Below the pieces are notes generated by a model. The model made no database searches. It was not told where the DNA came from and worked only from the letters and a program-made list of their open reading frames with translations. 64,000 nt of DNA from the human T2T-CHM13v2.0 reference genome, Homo sapiens, in the NCBI GenBank assembly GCA_009914755.4, contig CP086569.2, positions 42,304,001-42,368,000 of the forward strand. The letters are read 5' to 3'. Positions 28,452-42,720 of the stretch are shown in pieces. How positions within the stretch are numbered: position 1 is the stretch's first letter; every line of letters starts with the position of its first letter. A program made the translations under genes and the position numbers.

Positions 28452-31400
28452 GAATAGAATGGACACGAATGCTGAAATTGAATGGACTCGAATGGAATGG
28501 AAACAAAAGGAATGTCATCGAATGGAATTGAATCGATTGGAATGAAATCGCATAGAATGGAGTGGAATCAAATGGAATTGAATCGAAAGGAAAGGAAGCG
28601 AATGGACTGAAATGAAATGGAATGGAATTGAATGGAAAGTAATGCAATGGAATAGAATGGAACGAAATTTCACGGAATGGAATCAAACTGAATGGAATCA
28701 AATCAATGGAATCAAATCAAATGGAATGGAAAGGAATTGAATGGAGTAGATTGGATTGGATGGGATTGGAATGAAATGTACTGGAAAGGACTCGAATTTC
28801 ATGAAACGGAATGGAATGAATTGGAACGGAATGGACTCGAATGGAATGGAATGTCATGGAATGGCATCAAATGGAATGGCATCAAATGGAATGGAATCGA
28901 ATGCAATGGAATGCTATGGAATGGAATGGAATGCATTGGAATGGAATGTCCTCTAATGGAATGGATTCGAGTGGAATGGAATCGAATATAATGGAGTCGA
29001 ATGAAATGGAATTGAAAGGAATGGGATCGAATACAATGGAATATACTGGAATGTAATGTAATCAACTCGAATGTAATTGACTGGAATGGAATGTACATGA
29101 ATGGAATGTAATCGAATGGAAAGTAATCCAATGGAATAGAATCTAATGCAATAAAATCGACTCAGATAGAGTAGAATGTAATGGAATGGAGTGCAGTGCA
29201 ATGGAATGGAATGGAATGGAATGCAATGGAATGGAATGGAATGGAATGGAATGGAATGGAATGGAATGGAATGGAATGGGATGGAATGGTATGGAATGGA
29301 TAGTAATGGACTGGAGTGAAATGGACTGGAAAGGAATGGACTCAAATTGAAAGGGCTCGAAAGGAATGGAGTCAAATGGAATGGTCTGGAATGGAATGAA
29401 CACGAATGTAATGCAATCCAATAGAATGGAATCGAATGGCATGGAATATAAAGAAATGGAATCGAAGAGAATGGAAACAAATGGAATGGAATTGAATGGA
29501 ATGGAATTGAATGGAATGGGAACGAATGGAGTGAAATTGTATGCAGTAGAAGAGAATAGAATGGAATGCAAGCGAAAGGAAAGGAATGGATTGCAATGGA
29601 ATGGAATTCATTGGAATGGAAGGGAATGTAGTGTAATGGACAGGCCTGGAATAAAGTGGAATGTTACGGTCTCGAATGGAATAAAAATGTATGGAATGGA
29701 ATGCAATGAAACGGAATCGAATGTCATAGAATGTAATGGAATGCAAAAAAATGGAATCCAAAATCATTGACAGGAAAGGCTGGGTGTCGAAAGGAATTGA
29801 CTCCAATGGAATGGAATCGAATGGAATGGAAGTGAATAGAATCGAACTAAATCGAATGGAATGGAATTCATAGGAACGGAATGGAAAGGAATGCAATGAT
29901 TTGGCATGGAATGGAATCGAATGGCATCGAATGGAATGGAATGGAATGCAATGGAATGGAATGTATTAGAATGTAATGAACATTAATGGAATGTACTCGA
30001 ATGGATTCGACTGGAATGGAATGTTCTGGAAGTGAATGGACTCCAATGGAATGGATTCGAAAGGAATGGAATCGAACGGAATGGAATCTAATGGAATGGA
30101 ATTAAATGGAAATGAATCAAATTGAATAGCACGGAATTGAATTGAATGGAATCGAATGCAATGGAATCTAATGAAACGGACAGGAAAGGAATGGAATGGA
30201 ATGGAATGGGCTGGAATGGAAAGGAATCGAAACGAATGGAATGGAATCGAACTGAAGAGACTGGAATGGAATGCACTGGAATGGAAGGGAGTGTAATGGA
30301 AGGTTCTCGAAAATAATGGAAGCAAATGGAATGGAATTGAATGGAACGGAATAGAGTCGAATGGAATTGAATGGAATGGAATGGACTAGAGTGAAATGGA
30401 ATCGAACCACAAGGAATGGACAGGAATAGAATGGTCTCGAATTGAATGGAATCGTATGGAATGGCATCAAACGGAATGGAATGGACAGCCACGGAATGGA
30501 ATGCACTCGAATGCAATGGAGTCGAAACTTATGGACTGGAATAGAATGGACTCGACTGGTACGGACTCCAATGGAATGGAATCGAATGGAAGGGATTCGA
30601 ACGGAATGGACTCGAAGGGAAAAGACTGCAATGGAAAGGTCTCGAATGGAATGGAAATTAATGGAATGGAATGGAATCGAATGAAATGGAGTCAAAAGGA
30701 ATGGAATCGAATGGCAAGAAATCAAATGTAATGGAATCGCAAGGAATTGATGTGAACGGAACGGAATGGAATGGAATCCAAAGGAATGGAATAGAATGGA
30801 ATGGAATCGAATGGAAAGGACTCGAATGGAAATCACTCGAATGGAATGAAATTTAATAAAATAGGATCAAATGTAATTGAATGGAATGGAAAGGAATCGA
30901 AACAAAACAATGGAGACAGATGGAATGGAATGGAACAGAGAGCAATGGTATAGAATGGAATGGAATCATCTGGAATGGAATTGAATGGAATGGAATAATA
31001 TGAAATGGAATGGAATGGAATGGAATGGAATGCCCTTGAATTAAATGGACTGGAATGGAATGGACTCGAACAGAGTGGAATGGAAAGTGTTGAGATAGAA
31101 TGGAATGGACTCTTTTAGAATGGTCTAGTATGCAATGCAATCGACTGGCAGGGAATCAAAAGGAATGAAATCGAATGGATTGGACTGGAATGCAATGGAC
31201 TCGAATAGATTGGAAACGGAATGCAAAGGAATGGAATGGAATAGTATGGAATGGAATGGAAAGGAATGGAGTGGAATAGACTAGAGTGGAATGGAATGGA
31301 CTGGAAAGCAATGGACTGGAATGGAACTTTCTTGAATGGACTGGAATCAAACGGAATGGAATGCAATGCAATCAAATGGCATGGAATAAAATAGAATGAA

Positions 31401-32024
31401 AGAGAATCAAATGGAATTGAATCGAATGGAATCGAATGGATTGGAAAGGAATAGAATGGAATGGAATGGAATGGACTCAAATGGAATGGACTAGAATGGA
31501 ATGGATTCGAATGGAAGGCAAAGGAATGGAATCTATTGGAATGGACAGTAATGGAATGGAATGGAAGGGATTGGAATGGACTCGAATGGAATGGACTGCA
31601 ATAGAAAGGATTCGAATGGAATGAAAAAGAATTGAATGGAATAGAACAGAATGGAATCAAATCGAATGAAATGGAATGGAATAGAAAGGAATGGAATGAA
31701 ATGGAATGGAAAGGATTCGAATGGAATGCAATCGAATGGAATGGAATCGAACGGAATGGAATAAAATGGCAGAAAACTGGCAAGAAATGGAATCGAAATG
31801 AATGGAGTGTTATGGAACGGACTCAAAAGGAATTGAATGTAATAGAATGGAGTGGAGTGGACTCGAATATAATGAACTGGAATGGAATGAAATCACATGG
31901 AATGGGAACGAATGGAATGGAATGGAAAGGAATGGAATCGAATGGAAAGGAATCGAATGGAAGGGAATGAAATTGGATCAACAGGAATGGAAGGGAATAG
32001 AATAGACGGTAATGGAATGGACTC
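28452..32024. repeat. HOR copy U9 (3573 bp), alpha
   Basis: Anchor at 28452. Alpha diagnostic at ~30301. Extra EcoRI site at 29864-29869. Private 5-bp loss with substitutions at ~30895-30910. Confidence 0.8.
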
Positions 32025-35000
32025 GAATAGAATGGACACGAATGCTCAAATTGAATGGACTCGAATGGAATGGAAACAAAAGGAATGTCATCGAATGGAA
32101 TTGAATCGATTGGAATGAAATCGCATAGAATGGAGTGGAATCAAATGGAATTGAATCGAAAGGAAAGGAAGCGAATGGACTGAAATGAAATGGAATGGAA
32201 TTGAATGGAAAGTAATGTAATGGAATAGAATGGAACGAAATTTCACGGAATGGAATCAAACTGAATGGAATCAAATCAATGGAATCAAATCAAATGGAAT
32301 GGAAAGGAATTGAATGGAGTAGATTGGATTGGATGGGATTGGAATGAAATGTACTGGAAAGGACTCGAATTTCATGAAACGGAATGGAATGAATTGGAAC
32401 GGAATGGACTCGAATGGAATGGAATGTCATGGAATGGCATCAAATGGAATGGTATCGAATGCAATGGAATGCTATGGAATGGAATGGAATGCATTGGAAT
32501 GGAATGTCCTCTAATGGAATGGATTCGAGTGGAATGGAATCGAATATAATGGAGTCGAATGAAATGGAATTGAAAGGAATGGGATCGAATACAATGGAAT
32601 ATACTGGAATGTAATGTAATGAACTCGAATGTAATTGACTGGAATGGAATGTACATGAATGGAATGTAATCGAATGGAAAGTAATCCAATGGAATAGAAT
32701 CTAATGCAATAAAATCGACTCAGATAGAGTAGCATGTAATGGAATGGAGTGCAGTGAAATGGAATGGAATGGAATGGAATGCAATGGAATGGAATGGAAT
32801 GGAATGGAATGGAATGGAATGGGATGGGATGGGATGGAATGGTATGGAATGGATAGTAATGGACTGGAGTGAAATGGACTGGAAAGGAATGGACTCAAAT
32901 TGAAAGGGCTCAAAAGGAATGGAGTCAAATGGAATGGTCTGGAATGGAATGAACACGAATGTAATGCAATCCAATAGAATGGAATCGAATGGCATGGAAT
33001 ATAAAGAAATGGAATCGGAGAGAATGGAAACAAATGGAATGGAATTGAATGGAATGGAATTGAATGGAATGGGAACGAATGGAGTGAAATTGTATGCAGT
33101 AGAAGGGAATAGAATGGAATGCAAGCAAAAGGAAAGGAATGGATTGGAATGGAATGGAATTCATTGGAATGGAAGGGAATGTAGTGTAATGGACAGGCCT
33201 GGAATAAAGTGGAATGCTACGGTCTCGAATGGAATAAAAATGTATGGAATGGAATGCAATGAAATGGAATCGAATGTCATAGAATGTAATGGAATGCAAC
33301 AAAATGGAATCCAATATCATTGACTGGAAAGGCTGGGTGTCGAAAGGAATTGACTCCAATGGAATGGAATCGAATGGAATGGAAGTGAATAGAATCGAAC
33401 TAAATCGAATGGAATGGAATTGATAGGAACGGAATGGAAAGGAATGCAATGATTTGGCATGGAATGGAATCGAATGGCATCGAATGGAATGGAATGGAAT
33501 GCAATGGAATGGAATGTATTAGAATGTAATGAACTTTAATGGAATGTACTCGAATGGATTCGACTGGAATGGAATGTTCTGGAAGTGAATGGACTCCAAT
33601 GGAATGGATTCAAAAGGAATGGAATCGTACGGAATGGAATCTAATGGAATGGAATTAAATGGAAATGAATCAAATTGAATAGCACGGAATTGAATTGAAT
33701 GGAATGGAATGCAATGGAATCTAATGAAACGGAAAGGAAAGGAATGGAATGGAATGGAATGGGCTGGAATGGAAAGGAATCGAAACGAATGGAATGGAAT
33801 CGAACTGAAGAGACTGGAATGGAATGCACTGGAATGGAAGGGAGTGTAATGGAAGGTTCTCGAAAAAAATGGAATCGAATGGAATGGAATTGAATGGAAC
33901 GGAATAGAGTCGAATGGAATTGAATGGAATGGAATGGACTAGAGTGAAATGGAATCGAACCACAAGGAATGGACAGGAATAGAATGGTCTCGAATTGAAT
34001 GGAATCGTATGGAATGGCATCAAACGGAATGGAATGGACAGCCACGGAATGGAATGCACTCGAATGCAATGGAGTCGAAACTAATGGACTGGAATAGAAT
34101 GGACTCGACTGGTACGGACTCCAATGGAATGGAATCGAATGGAAGGGAATCGAACGGAATGGACTCGAAGGGAAAAGACTGCAATGGAAAGGTCTCGAAT
34201 GGAATGGAAATTAATGGAATGGAATGGAATCGAATGAAATGGAGTCAAAAGGAATGGAATCGAATGGCAAGAAATCGAATGTAATGGAATCGCAAGGAAT
34301 TGATGTGAACGGAACGGAATGGAATGGAATCCAAAGGAATGGAATAGAATGGAATGGAATCGAATGGAAAGGACTCGAATGGCAATCACTCGAATAGAAT
34401 GCAATTTAATAAAATAGGATCAAATGTAATGGAATGGAATGGAAAGGAATCGAAACGAAAGGAATGGAGACAGATGGAATGGAATGGAACAGAGAGCAAT
34501 GGTATAGAATGGAATGGAATCATCTGGAATGGAATTGAATGGAATGGAATAATATGAAATGGAATGGAATGGAATGGAATGGAATGCCCTTGAATTAAAT
34601 GGACTGGAATGGAATGGACTCGAACAGAGTGGAATGGAAAGTGTTGAGATAGAATGGAATGGACTCCTTTGGAATGGTCTAGTATGCAATGCAATCGACT
34701 GGCAGGGAATCAAAAGGAATGTAATCGAATGGATTGGACTGGAATGCAATGGACTCGAATAGATTGGAAACGGGATGCAAAGGAATGGAATGGAATAGTA
34801 TGGAATGGAATGGAAAGGAATGGAGTGGAATAGACTAGAGTGGAATGGAATGGACTGGAAAGCAATGGACTGGAATGGAACTTTCTTGAATGGACTGGAA
34901 TCAAACGGAATGGGATGCAATGCAATCAAATGGCATGGAATAAAATAGAATGAAAGAGAATCAAATGGAATTGAATCGAATGGAATCGAATGGATTGGAA

Positions 35001-35578
35001 AGGAATAGAATGGAATGGAATGGAATGGACTCAAATGGAATGGACTAGAATGGAATGGATTCGAATGGAAGGCAAAGGAATGGAATCTATTGGAATGGAC
35101 TGTAATGGAATGGAATGGAAGGGATTGGAATGGACTCAAATAGAATGGACTGCAATAGAAAGGATTCGAATGGAATGAAAAAGAATTGAATGGAATAGAA
35201 CAGAATGGAATCAAATCGAATGAAATGGAATGGAATAGAAAGGAATGGAATGAAATGGAATGGAAAGGATTCGAATGGAATGCAATCGAATGGAATGGAA
35301 TCGAACGGAATGGAATAAAATGGAAGAAAACTGGCAAGAAATGGAATCGAAATGAATGGAGTGTTATGGAACGGACTCAAAAGGAATTGAATGTAATAGA
35401 ATGGAGTGGAGTGGACTCGAATATAATGGACTGGAATGGAATGAAATCACATGGAATGGGAACGAATGGAATGGAATGGAAAGGAATGGAATCGAATGGA
35501 AAGGAATCGAATGGAAGGGAATGAAATTGAATCAACAGGAATGGAAGGGAATAGAATAGACGGTAATGGAATGGACTC
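32025..35578. repeat. HOR copy U10 (3554 bp), beta
   Basis: Anchor at 32025. Beta diagnostic at ~33851. 'gggatgggatgggat' triplication at ~32820. Confidence 0.8.
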
Positions 35579-38500
35579 GAATAGAATGGACACGAATGCT
35601 CAAATTGAATGGACTCGAATGGAATGGAAACGAAAGGAATGTCATCGAATGGAATTGAATCGATTGCAATGAAATCGCATAGAATGGAGTGGAATCAAAT
35701 GGAATTGAATCGAAAGGAAAGGAAGCGAATGGACTGAAATGAAATGGAATGGAATTGAATGGAAAGTAATGCAATGGAATAGAATGGAACGAAATTTCAC
35801 GGAATGGAATCAAACTGAATGGAATCAAATCAATGGAATCTAATCAAATGGAATGGAAAGGAATTGAATGGAGTAGATTGGATTGGATGGGATTGGAATG
35901 AAATGTACTGGAAAGGACTCGAATTTCATGAAACGGAATGGAATGAATTGGAACGGAATGGACTCGAATGGAATGGAATGTCATGGAATGCCATCAAATG
36001 GAATGGCATCAAATGGAATGGAATCGAATGCAATGGAATGCTATGGAATGGAATGGAATGCATTGGAATGGAATGTCCTCTAATGGAATGTATTCGAGTG
36101 GAATGGAATCGAATATAATGGAGTCGAATGAAATGGAATTGAAAGGAATGGGATCGAATACAATGGAATATACTGGAATGTAATGTAATGAACTCGAATG
36201 TAATTGACTGGAATGGAATGTACATGAATGGAAGGTAATCGAATGGAAAGTAATCCAATGGAATAGAATCTAATGCAATAAAACCGACTCAGATAGTGTA
36301 GAATGTAATGGAATGGAGTGCAGTGCAATGGAATGGAATGGAATTGAATGCAATGGAATGGAATGGAATGGAATGGAATGGAATGGAATGGAATGGAAAG
36401 GAATGGGATGGAATGGTATGGAATGGATAGTAATGGACTGGAGTGAAATGGACTGGAAAGGAATGGACTCAAATTGAAAGGGCTCGAAAGGAATGGAGTC
36501 AAATGGAATGGTCTGGAATGGAATGAACACGAATGTAATGCAATCCAATAGAATGGAATCGAATGGCATGGAATATAAAGAAATGGATTCGAAGAGAATG
36601 GAAACAAATGGAATGGAATTGAATGGAATGGAATTGAATGGAATGGGAACGAATGGAGTGAAACTGTATGCAGTAGAAGGGAATAGAAAGGAATGCAAGC
36701 GAAAGGAAAGGAATGGATTGTAATGGAATGGAATTCATTGGAATGGAAGGGAATGTAGTGTAATGGACAGGCCTGGAATAAAGTGGAATGCTACGGTCTC
36801 GAATGGAATAAAAATGTATGGAATGGAATGCAATGAAATGGAATCGAATGTCATAGAATGTAATGGAATGCAACAAAATGGAATCCAATATCATTGACTG
36901 GAAAGGCTGGGTGTCGAAAGGAATTGACTCCAATGGAATGGAATCGAATGGAATGGAAGTGAATAGAATCGAACTAAATCGAATGGAATGGAATTGATAG
37001 GAACGGAATGGAAAGGAATGCAATGATTTGGCATGGAATGGAATCGAATGGCATCGAATGGAATGGAATGGAATGCAATGGAATGGAATATATTAGAATG
37101 AAATGAACTTTAATGGAATGTACTCGAATGGATTCGACTGGAATGGAATGTTCTGGAAGTGAATGGACTCCAATGGAATGGATTCAAAAGGAATGGAATC
37201 GTACGGAATGGAATCTAATGGAATGGAATTAAATGGAAATGAATCAAATTGAATAGCACGGAATTGAATTGAATGGAATGGAATGCAATGGAATCTAATG
37301 AAACGGAAAGGAAAGGAAGGGAATGGAATGGAATGGGCTGGAATGGAAAGGAATCGAAACGAATGGAATGGAATCGAACTGAAGAGACTGGAATGGAATG
37401 CACTGGAATGGAAGGGAGTGTAATGGAAGGTTCTCGAAAAAAATGGAATCGAATGGAATGGAATTGAATGGAACGGAATAGAGTCGAATGGAATTGAATG
37501 GAATGGAATGGACTAGAGTGAAATGGAATCGAACCACAAGGAATGGAGAGGAATAGAATGGTCTCGAATTGAATGGAATCGTATGGAATGGCATCAAACG
37601 GAATGGAATGGACAGCCACGGAATGGAATGCACTCGAATGCAATGGAGTCGAAACTAATGGACTGGAATAGAATGGACTCGACTGGTACGGACTCCAATG
37701 GAATGGAATCGAATGGAAGGGAATCGAATGGAATGGACTCGAAGGGAAAAGACTGCAATGGAAAGGTCTCGAATGGAATGGAAATTAATGGAATGGAATG
37801 GAATCGAATGAAATGGAGTCAAAAGGAATGGAATCGAATGGCAAGAAATCGAATGTAATGGAATCGCAAGGAATTGATGTGAACGGAACGGAATGGAATG
37901 GAATCCAAAGGAATGGAATAGAATGGAATGGAATCGAATGGAAAGGACTCGAATGGAAATCACTCGAATAGAATGCAATTTAATAAAATAGGATCAAATG
38001 TAATGGAATGGAATGGAAAGGAATCGAAACGAAAGGAATGGAGACAGATGGATTGGAATAGAACAGAGAGCAATGGTATAGAATGGAATGGAATCATCTG
38101 GAATGGAATTGAATGGAATGGAATAATATGAAATGGAATGGAATGGAATGGAATGGAATGCCCTTGAATTAAATGGACTGGAATGGAATGGACTCGAACA
38201 GAGTGGAATGGAAAGTGTTGAGATAGAATGGAATGGACTCCTTTGGAATGGTCTAGTACGCAATGCAATCGACTGGCAGGGAATCAAAAGGAATGTAATC
38301 GAATGGATTGGACTGGAATGCAATGGACTCGAATAGATTGCAAACGGGATGCAAAGGAATGGAATGGAATAGTATGGAATGGAATGGAAAGGAATGGAGT
38401 GGAATAGACTAGAGTGGAATGGAATGGACTGGAAAGCAATGGACTGGAATGGAACTTTCTTGAATGGACTGGAATCAAACGGAATGGAATGCAATGCAAT

Positions 38501-39152
38501 CAAATGGCATGGAATAAAATAGAATGAAAGAGAATCAAATGGAATTGAATCGAATGGAATCGAATGGATTGGAAAGGAATAGAATGGAATGGAATGGAAT
38601 GGACTCAAATGGAATGGACTAGAATGGAATGGATTCGAATGGAAGGCAAAGGAATGGAATCTATTGGAATGGACTGTAATGGAATGGAATGGAAGGGATT
38701 CGAATGGACTCGAATGGAATGGACTGCAATAGAAAGGGTTCGAATGGAATGAAAAAGAATTGAATGGAATAGAACAGAATGGAATCAAATCGAATGAAAT
38801 GGAATGGAATAGAAAGGAATGGAATGAAATGGAATGGAAAGGATTCGAATGGAATGCAATCGAATGGAATGGAATCGAACGGAATGGAATAAAATGGAAG
38901 AAAACTGGCAAGAAATGGAATCGAAATGAATGGAGTGTTATGGAACGGACTCAAAAGGAATTGAATGTAATAGAATGGAGTGGAGTGGACTCGAATATAA
39001 TGGACTGGAATGGAATGAAATCACATGGAATGGGAACGAATGGAATGGAATGGAAAGGAATGGAATCGAATGGAAAGGAATCGAATGGAAGGGAATGAAA
39101 TTGAATCAACAGGAATGGAAGGGAATAGAATAGACGGTAATGGAATGGACTC
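35579..39152. repeat. HOR copy U11 (3574 bp), beta
   Basis: Anchor at 35579. Beta diagnostic at ~37431. Confidence 0.8.
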
Positions 39153-42100
39153 GAATAGAATGGACACGAATGCTCAAATTAAATGGACTCGAATGGAATG
39201 GAAACGAAAGGAATGTCATCGAATGGAATTGAATCGATTGGAATGAAATCGCATAGAATGGAGTGGAATCAAATGGAATTGAATCGAAAGGAAAGGAAGC
39301 GAATGGACTGAAATGAAATGGAATGGAATTGAATGGAAAGTAATGCAATGGAATAGAATGGAACGAAATTTCACGGAATGGAATCAAACTGAATGGAATC
39401 AAATCAATGGAATCTAATCAAATGGAATGGAAAGGAATTGAATGGAGTAGATTGGATTGGATGGGATTGGAATGAAATGTACTGGAAAGGACTCGAATTT
39501 CATGAAACGGAATGGAATGAATTGGAACGGAATGGACTCGAATGGAATGGAATGTCATGGAATGGCATCAAATGGAATGGCATCAAATGGAATGGAATCG
39601 AATGCAATGGAATGCTATGGAATGGAATGGAATGCATTGGAATGGAATGTCCTCTAATGGAATGGATTCGAGTGGAATGGAATCGAATATAATGGAGTCG
39701 AACGAAATGGAATTGAAAGGAATGGGATCGAATACAATGGAATATACTGGAATGTAATGTAATGAACTCGAATGTAATTGACTGGAATGGAAGGTATATG
39801 AATGGAATGTAATCGAATGGAAAGTAATCCAATGGAATAGAATCTAATGCAATAAAATCGACTCAGATAGAGTAGCATGTAATGGAATGGAGTGCAGTGC
39901 AATGGAACGGAATGGAATGGAATGCAATGGAATGGAATGGAATGGAATGGAATGGAATGGAATGGAATGGGATGGGATGGAATGGTATGGAATGGATAGT
40001 AATGGACTGGAGTGAAATGGACTGGAAAGAATGGACTCAAATTGAAAGGGCTCGAAAGGAATGGAGTCAAATGGAATGGTCTGGAATGGAATGAACACGA
40101 ATGTAATGCAATCCAATAGAATGGAATCGAATGGCATGGAATATAAAGAAATGGAATCGGAGAGAATGGAAACAAATGGAATGGAATTGAATGGAATGGA
40201 ATTGAATGGAATGGGAACGAATGGAGTGAAATTGTATGCAGTAGAAGGGAATAGAATGGAATGCAAGCAAAAGGAAAGGAATGGATTGGAATGGAATGGA
40301 ATTCATTGGAATGGAAGGGAATGTAGTGTAATGGACAGGCCTGGAATAAAGTGCAATGCTACGGTCTCGAATGGAATAAAAATGTATGGAATGGAATGCA
40401 ATGAAATGGAATCGAATGTCATAGAATGTAATGGAATGCAACAAAATGGAATCCAATATCATTGACTGGAAAGGCTGGGTGTCGAGAGGAATTGACTCCA
40501 ATGGAATGGAATCGAATGGAATGGAAGTGAATAGAATCGAACTAAATTGAATGGAATGGAATTGATAGGAACGGAATGGAAAGGAATGCAATGATTTGGC
40601 ATGGAATGGAATCGAATGGCATCGAATGGAATGGAATGGAATGCAATGGAATGGAATGTATTAGAATGGAATGAACTTTAATGGAATGTACTCGAATGGA
40701 TTCGACTGGAATGGAATGTTCTGGAAGTGAATGGACTCCAATGGAATGGATTCAAAAGGAATGGAATCGTACGGAACGGAATCTAATGGAATGGAATTAA
40801 ATGGAAATGAATCAAATTGAATAGCACGGAATTGAATTGAATGGAATGGAATGCAATGGAATCTAATGAAACGGAAAGGAAAGGAATGGAATGGAATGGA
40901 ATGGGCTGGAATGGAAAGGAATCGAAACGAATGGAATGGAATCGAACTGAAGAGACTGGAATGGAATGCACTGGAATGGAAGGGAGTGTAATGGAAGGTT
41001 CTCGAAAAAAATGGAATCGAATGGAATGGAATTGAATGGAACGGAATAGAGTCGAATGGAATTGAATGGAATGGAATGGACTAGAGTGAAATGGAATCGA
41101 ACCACAAGGAATGGACATGAATAGAATGGTCTCGAATTGAATGGAATCGTATGGAATGGCATCAAACGGAATGGAATGGACAGCCACGGAATGGAATGCA
41201 CTCGAATGCAATGGAGTCGAAACTAATGGACTGGAATAGAATGGACTCGACTGGTACGGACTCCAATGGAATGGAATCGAATGGAAGGGAATCGAACGGA
41301 ATGGACTCGAAGGGAAAAGACTGCAATGGAAAGGTCTCGAATGGAATGGAAATTAATGGAATGGAATGGAATCGAATGAAATGGAGTCAAAAGGAATGGA
41401 ATCGAATGGCAAGAAATCGAATGTAATGGAATCGCAAGGAATTGATGTGAACGGAACGGAATGGAATGGAATCCAAAGGAATGGAATAGAATGGAATGGA
41501 ATCGAATGGAAAGGACTCGAATGGCAATCACTCGAATAGAATGCAATTTAATAAAATAGGATCAAATGTAATGGAATGGAATGGAAAGGAATCGAAACGA
41601 AAGGAATGGAGACAGATGGAATGGAATGGAACAGAGAGCAATGGTATAGAATGGAATGGAATCATCTGGAATGGAATTGAATGGAATGGAATAATATGAA
41701 ATGGAATGGAATGGAATGGAATGGAATGCCCTTGAATTAAATGGACTGGAATGGAATGGACTCGAACAGAGTGGAATGGAAAGTGTTGAGATAGAATGGA
41801 ATGGACTCCTCTGGAATGGTCTAGTATGCAATGCAATCGACTGGCAGGGAATCAAAAGGAATGTAATCGAATGGATTGGACTGGAATGCAATGGACTCGA
41901 ATAGATTGGAAACGGGATGCAAAGGAATGGAATGGAATAGTATGGAATGGAATGGAAAGGAATGGAGTGGAATAGACTAGAGTGGAATGGAATGGACTGG
42001 AAAGCAATGGACTGGAATGGAACTTTCTTGAATGGACTGGAATCAAACGGAATGGAATGCAATGCAATCAAATGGCATGGAATAAAATAGAATGAAAGAG

Positions 42101-42720
42101 AATCAAATGGAATTGAATCGAATGGAATCGAATGGATTGGAAAGGAATAGAATGGAATGGAATGGAATGGACTCAAATGGAATGGACTAGAATGGAATGG
42201 ATTCGAATGGAAGGCAAAGGAATGGAATCTATTGGAATGGACTGTAATGGAATGGAATGGAAGGGATTGGAATGGACTCGAATGGAATGGACTGCAATAG
42301 AAAGGATTCGAATGGAATGAAAAAGAATTGAATGGAATAGAACAGAATGGAATCAAATCGAATGAAATGGAATGGAATAGAAAGGAATGGAATGAAATGG
42401 AATGGAAAGGATTCGAATGGAATGCAATCGAATGGAATGGAATCGAACGGAATGGAATAAAATGGAAGAAAACTGGCAAGAAATGGAATCGAAATGAATG
42501 GAGTGTTATGGAACGGACTCAAAAGGAATTGAATGTAATAGAATGGAGTGGAGTGGACTCGAATATAATGGACTGGAATGGAATGAAATCACATGGAATG
42601 GGAACGAATGGAATGGAATGGAAAGGAATGGAATCGAATGGAAAGGAATCGAATGGAAGGGAATGAAATTGAATCAACAGGAATGGAAGGGAATAGAATA
42701 GACGGTAATGGAATGGACTC
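39153..42720. repeat. HOR copy U12 (3568 bp), beta; shares private variants with U10
   Basis: Anchor at 39153. 'ggcaatcactcg' at ~41521 matches U10 at ~34381 and is absent from U11. Confidence 0.8.
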
